A stretch of DNA of 64,000 nucleotides from a virus. Lineage: Duplodnaviria > Caudoviricetes. The translations under genes were made by a program, and so were the position numbers. The notes beneath the pieces are model-generated. The model saw only the letters and a list, made by a program, of their open reading frames with translations. It was not told the DNA's origin and did no database searches. Position 1 is the stretch's first letter, and every line of letters begins with the position of its first letter. The stretch spans positions 9,786-73,785 of IMG/VR virus record IMGVR_UViG_3300044259_000026, one strand, 5' to 3'. Of the stretch, positions 61,808 through 64,000 are shown one piece after another.

Positions 61808-63868
61808 ATGAGCATGTCTCGTCCAATGACTGACTTCCCTCGTGCCGAGGCGGGTCTGGTCGATAACTTTATCGGTACGGCGTACGACACTGTAAAGAAA
61901 GTGTACGACACGCTGCCTGAGATCCAACGCCTTGACGAAGTCCGCGAGAACATCCCTGAACTTGCGGCAGAAACCGTTCAGGAAACCATTGATGCGGCTA
62001 TGCCTGCTGTACGGGAAGAGCTGGATTCTTCGGTAGAGTTGGCAAAGACTTGGGCTGAAGGAACCAATCCCAGCCCCGAGGACCCTACTGCCAAGTCGGC
62101 TCGTGAATGGTCTGAGCAGGCTAAAGCAGACTTGGCTCAAGGTGTAGTTGATATTGGTCATCTGGTTGAGTCGGCAGACGCTGCGCTTGCAGGTTCTGTA
62201 GAGCAGCTGGATACCAAAGTCGCTGCTGCTGAAGCTGCCCGGGATGCTGCTGCAATGTCCGGTCGGATTTTCAAAACTATTGCTTTGGGTATGGCAGCAA
62301 CTCCTGTGGATGGGTACTTCTCTGTACCGTCTGCCGCTAACAGCGAATACCTGATCCTCTACCAGAACGTTGCCGGTGTAGCGACTGTCGTCAATACCTA
62401 CCCATCCTCTTCGGCACTGAATCAAGTGGCTGACTTGGTTCGCCCCAATGAAACAGCTGTCCATGTCACCATTGCTGACGAAGAAGACGGGATTATCGGA
62501 AGCATTACCAACAACCAATTGCACCTGCCAATGGTGGATGTTGAGCGGGAAGATGGCATCACTTCCTTGGTGGATGATGAGGGGGGAGTCAGTTTCTACT
62601 ACTCTGATACCATGACTCTGGCAGGACATGCTGAATTCGGCCCTATCGACGTTCCCGGCATTTATGTCGTGAACGGTGAAGATGAGGTTATTTGCGACTT
62701 GCAGAATGTTCAGATTGGTTCCGGGGAAGATACGGCCACTCGCCCAGATCCTCTGGAGGGTGACATTGCAATGTTTACCCCAGTGGCCACTTTCAAGGAT
62801 TTGGGTGCTCAACTCTTCCCACAGAGCATGCTCCAATACCGAGAACGCTTCGATGAAGTAGAAGCTGCTATGTCCAGCGTTGACCGTACCGCTTTTGCTG
62901 ATGGTCGAGCTTTGCCGATTGACGCAGCCGCTTACGGTGATCGGGCGATCTTCTCGCTGCGTGATCGGGCAACTTACGAGCGTCGACGGATGATTAACCT
63001 GAGTATCATTGATGTACCCGCTCAGAACAATCTGCCGATTAAGGTGATGATGATCGGTGACTCTATCGGTAACCGTCAGGGTGCTCTCTTTCTGAAGAAG
63101 TATCTGGAACACATGGGAGCTGCCCCCCAGTTCATTGGTACGTTCAACGGATCTGCCTTGTCGAACAACTCTATCAACCCAGATGGTCCACTTGGCGAAT
63201 GTCGTGAAGGTTGGGAAACTGGTGACTTTACCTTTGCTATCACTGACCGAGTGTCTGCGGTAGCTCCGGGCGGGGAAGATGAATATCTTCGATCCTCCAA
63301 AGCAACCAAGGCCCCAATCAACCCATTCATTCGTGCGGCAACTGGTGCAGACGATCCTGCTGTTGTATGCAACGGGTGGGTGTTTGATCCGAGCTATTAC
63401 TTCTCCCGGTACAGCTTGGATACTCCAGATGTTATTACCATCACTCTGGGTACGAACGATGTTCGGGACCGAACCACTGCCACCATGTACGATACGATGT
63501 ACAGCAACTTGAAGATCATGATCGATCAATTGCTGCTAGCAGCTCCCAATGCTCGCATCATCTTGTCGATCCCAGGTACTTCCATGGCGTCGGTTCGTAA
63601 TCCGCTGTGGTCTGAAAAGTACATCGAGGTATTCCGGGCATTCCGGGATCTTCGAGCAAACCTACCAGCTGCGAAGATTGTTGTGGCTCCTTGCTGGGCC
63701 ATGTGCGATCACGAGTCTGGCTATACCTTCAGTAACGCTGTAGTAGGTGCTGATGGGTTTGCAAGTGTACAATTCTCGGACACTGTTCACCCTATTGGGG
63801 CGAACCGGGAAAACCTCTACAAGTCGCTGGCACCTTTTGTGCTTGCTGCAAAGCTCAACCTGATCTAA
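61808..63868 (+). CDS. Tail fiber/spike with C-terminal SGNH/GDSL hydrolase
   Basis: N4-type N-terminal anchor (VDNFIGTAYDTVKKV); SGNH blocks IGDSI, EGW, LGTND, DTVHP. Confidence 0.85.
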   Translation: MSMSRPMTDFPRAEAGLVDNFIGTAYDTVKKVYDTLPEIQRLDEVRENIPELAAETVQETIDAAMPAVREELDSSVELAKTWAEGTNPSPEDPTAKSAREWSEQAKADLAQGVVDIGHLVESADAALAGSVEQLDTKVAAAEAARDAAAMSGRIFKTIALGMAATPVDGYFSVPSAANSEYLILYQNVAGVATVVNTYPSSSALNQVADLVRPNETAVHVTIADEEDGIIGSITNNQLHLPMVDVEREDGITSLVDDEGGVSFYYSDTMTLAGHAEFGPIDVPGIYVVNGEDEVICDLQNVQIGSGEDTATRPDPLEGDIAMFTPVATFKDLGAQLFPQSMLQYRERFDEVEAAMSSVDRTAFADGRALPIDAAAYGDRAIFSLRDRATYERRRMINLSIIDVPAQNNLPIKVMMIGDSIGNRQGALFLKKYLEHMGAAPQFIGTFNGSALSNNSINPDGPLGECREGWETGDFTFAITDRVSAVAPGGEDEYLRSSKATKAPINPFIRAATGADDPAVVCNGWVFDPSYYFSRYSLDTPDVITITLGTNDVRDRTTATMYDTMYSNLKIMIDQLLLAAPNARIILSIPGTSMASVRNPLWSEKYIEVFRAFRDLRANLPAAKIVVAPCWAMCDHESGYTFSNAVVGADGFASVQFSDTVHPIGANRENLYKSLAPFVLAAKLNLI

Positions 63869-63879
63869 AGGAATCCATC

Positions 63880-64000
63880 ATGGGTACTAAAATTGTAGCT
63901 CGCGGTAGCCTTGCTCCTTGGGATAGCAAGGTCGTTGTTCCTGTAAACGATAAGTTGGAAGGTTGGTTCACCTTCGACACGGACGCCCGCCGTCTGGCAG
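63880..64000 (+). CDS. Next tail-associated gene (3' truncated)
   Basis: AAGGA RBS; MGTKIVARGSLAPW... open to window end. Confidence 0.55.
   Translation, partial: MGTKIVARGSLAPWDSKVVVPVNDKLEGWFTFDTDARRLA

Noticed and set aside
1-64000. CRISPR array, integrase/att site, IS element, group I/II intron, DGR
   Set aside because: No regular repeat-spacer array, recombinase, transposase or reverse transcriptase motifs; DNA polymerase and terminase are uninterrupted.

Overview
About 64 kb of a lytic N4-like phage genome (Schitoviridae type), in a circularly permuted orientation. The + strand carries late and virion genes at both ends. At 1-15.2 kb these are structural proteins, a lytic transglycosylase, a 3431-aa virion RNA polymerase and 3 tRNAs. 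At 58.2-64 kb they are acb2, terminase, a gp67-like protein and an SGNH tail protein. The - strand (15.2-54.1 kb) carries early and middle genes: gp1, gp2, two-subunit RNAP II, MoxR AAA/vWA pair, dCTP deaminase, ThyX, rIIA/rIIB, helicase, family A DNA polymerase, nuclease, primase, AAA ATPase, SSB and RuvC. Two N4-type hairpin promoters for the virion RNAP precede gp1 and gp2, so the physical genome end probably lies near 54.1-54.5 kb (inference). The most striking feature is a tandem array of 14 highly diverged paralogous 68-92 aa genes (54497-58086) sharing one core motif. A roughly 250-nt structured non-coding region interrupts the array, which is transcribed divergently from an anti-CBASS acb2 gene. 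Other notable items are a tRNA-like element with a 41-nt structured anticodon loop upstream of a TerB-like gene, a NADAR/macro-like/SLOG cluster, and recurrent gene-junction motifs. No integrase or CRISPR array was seen. All family assignments come from motif recognition by eye; no database search was run.
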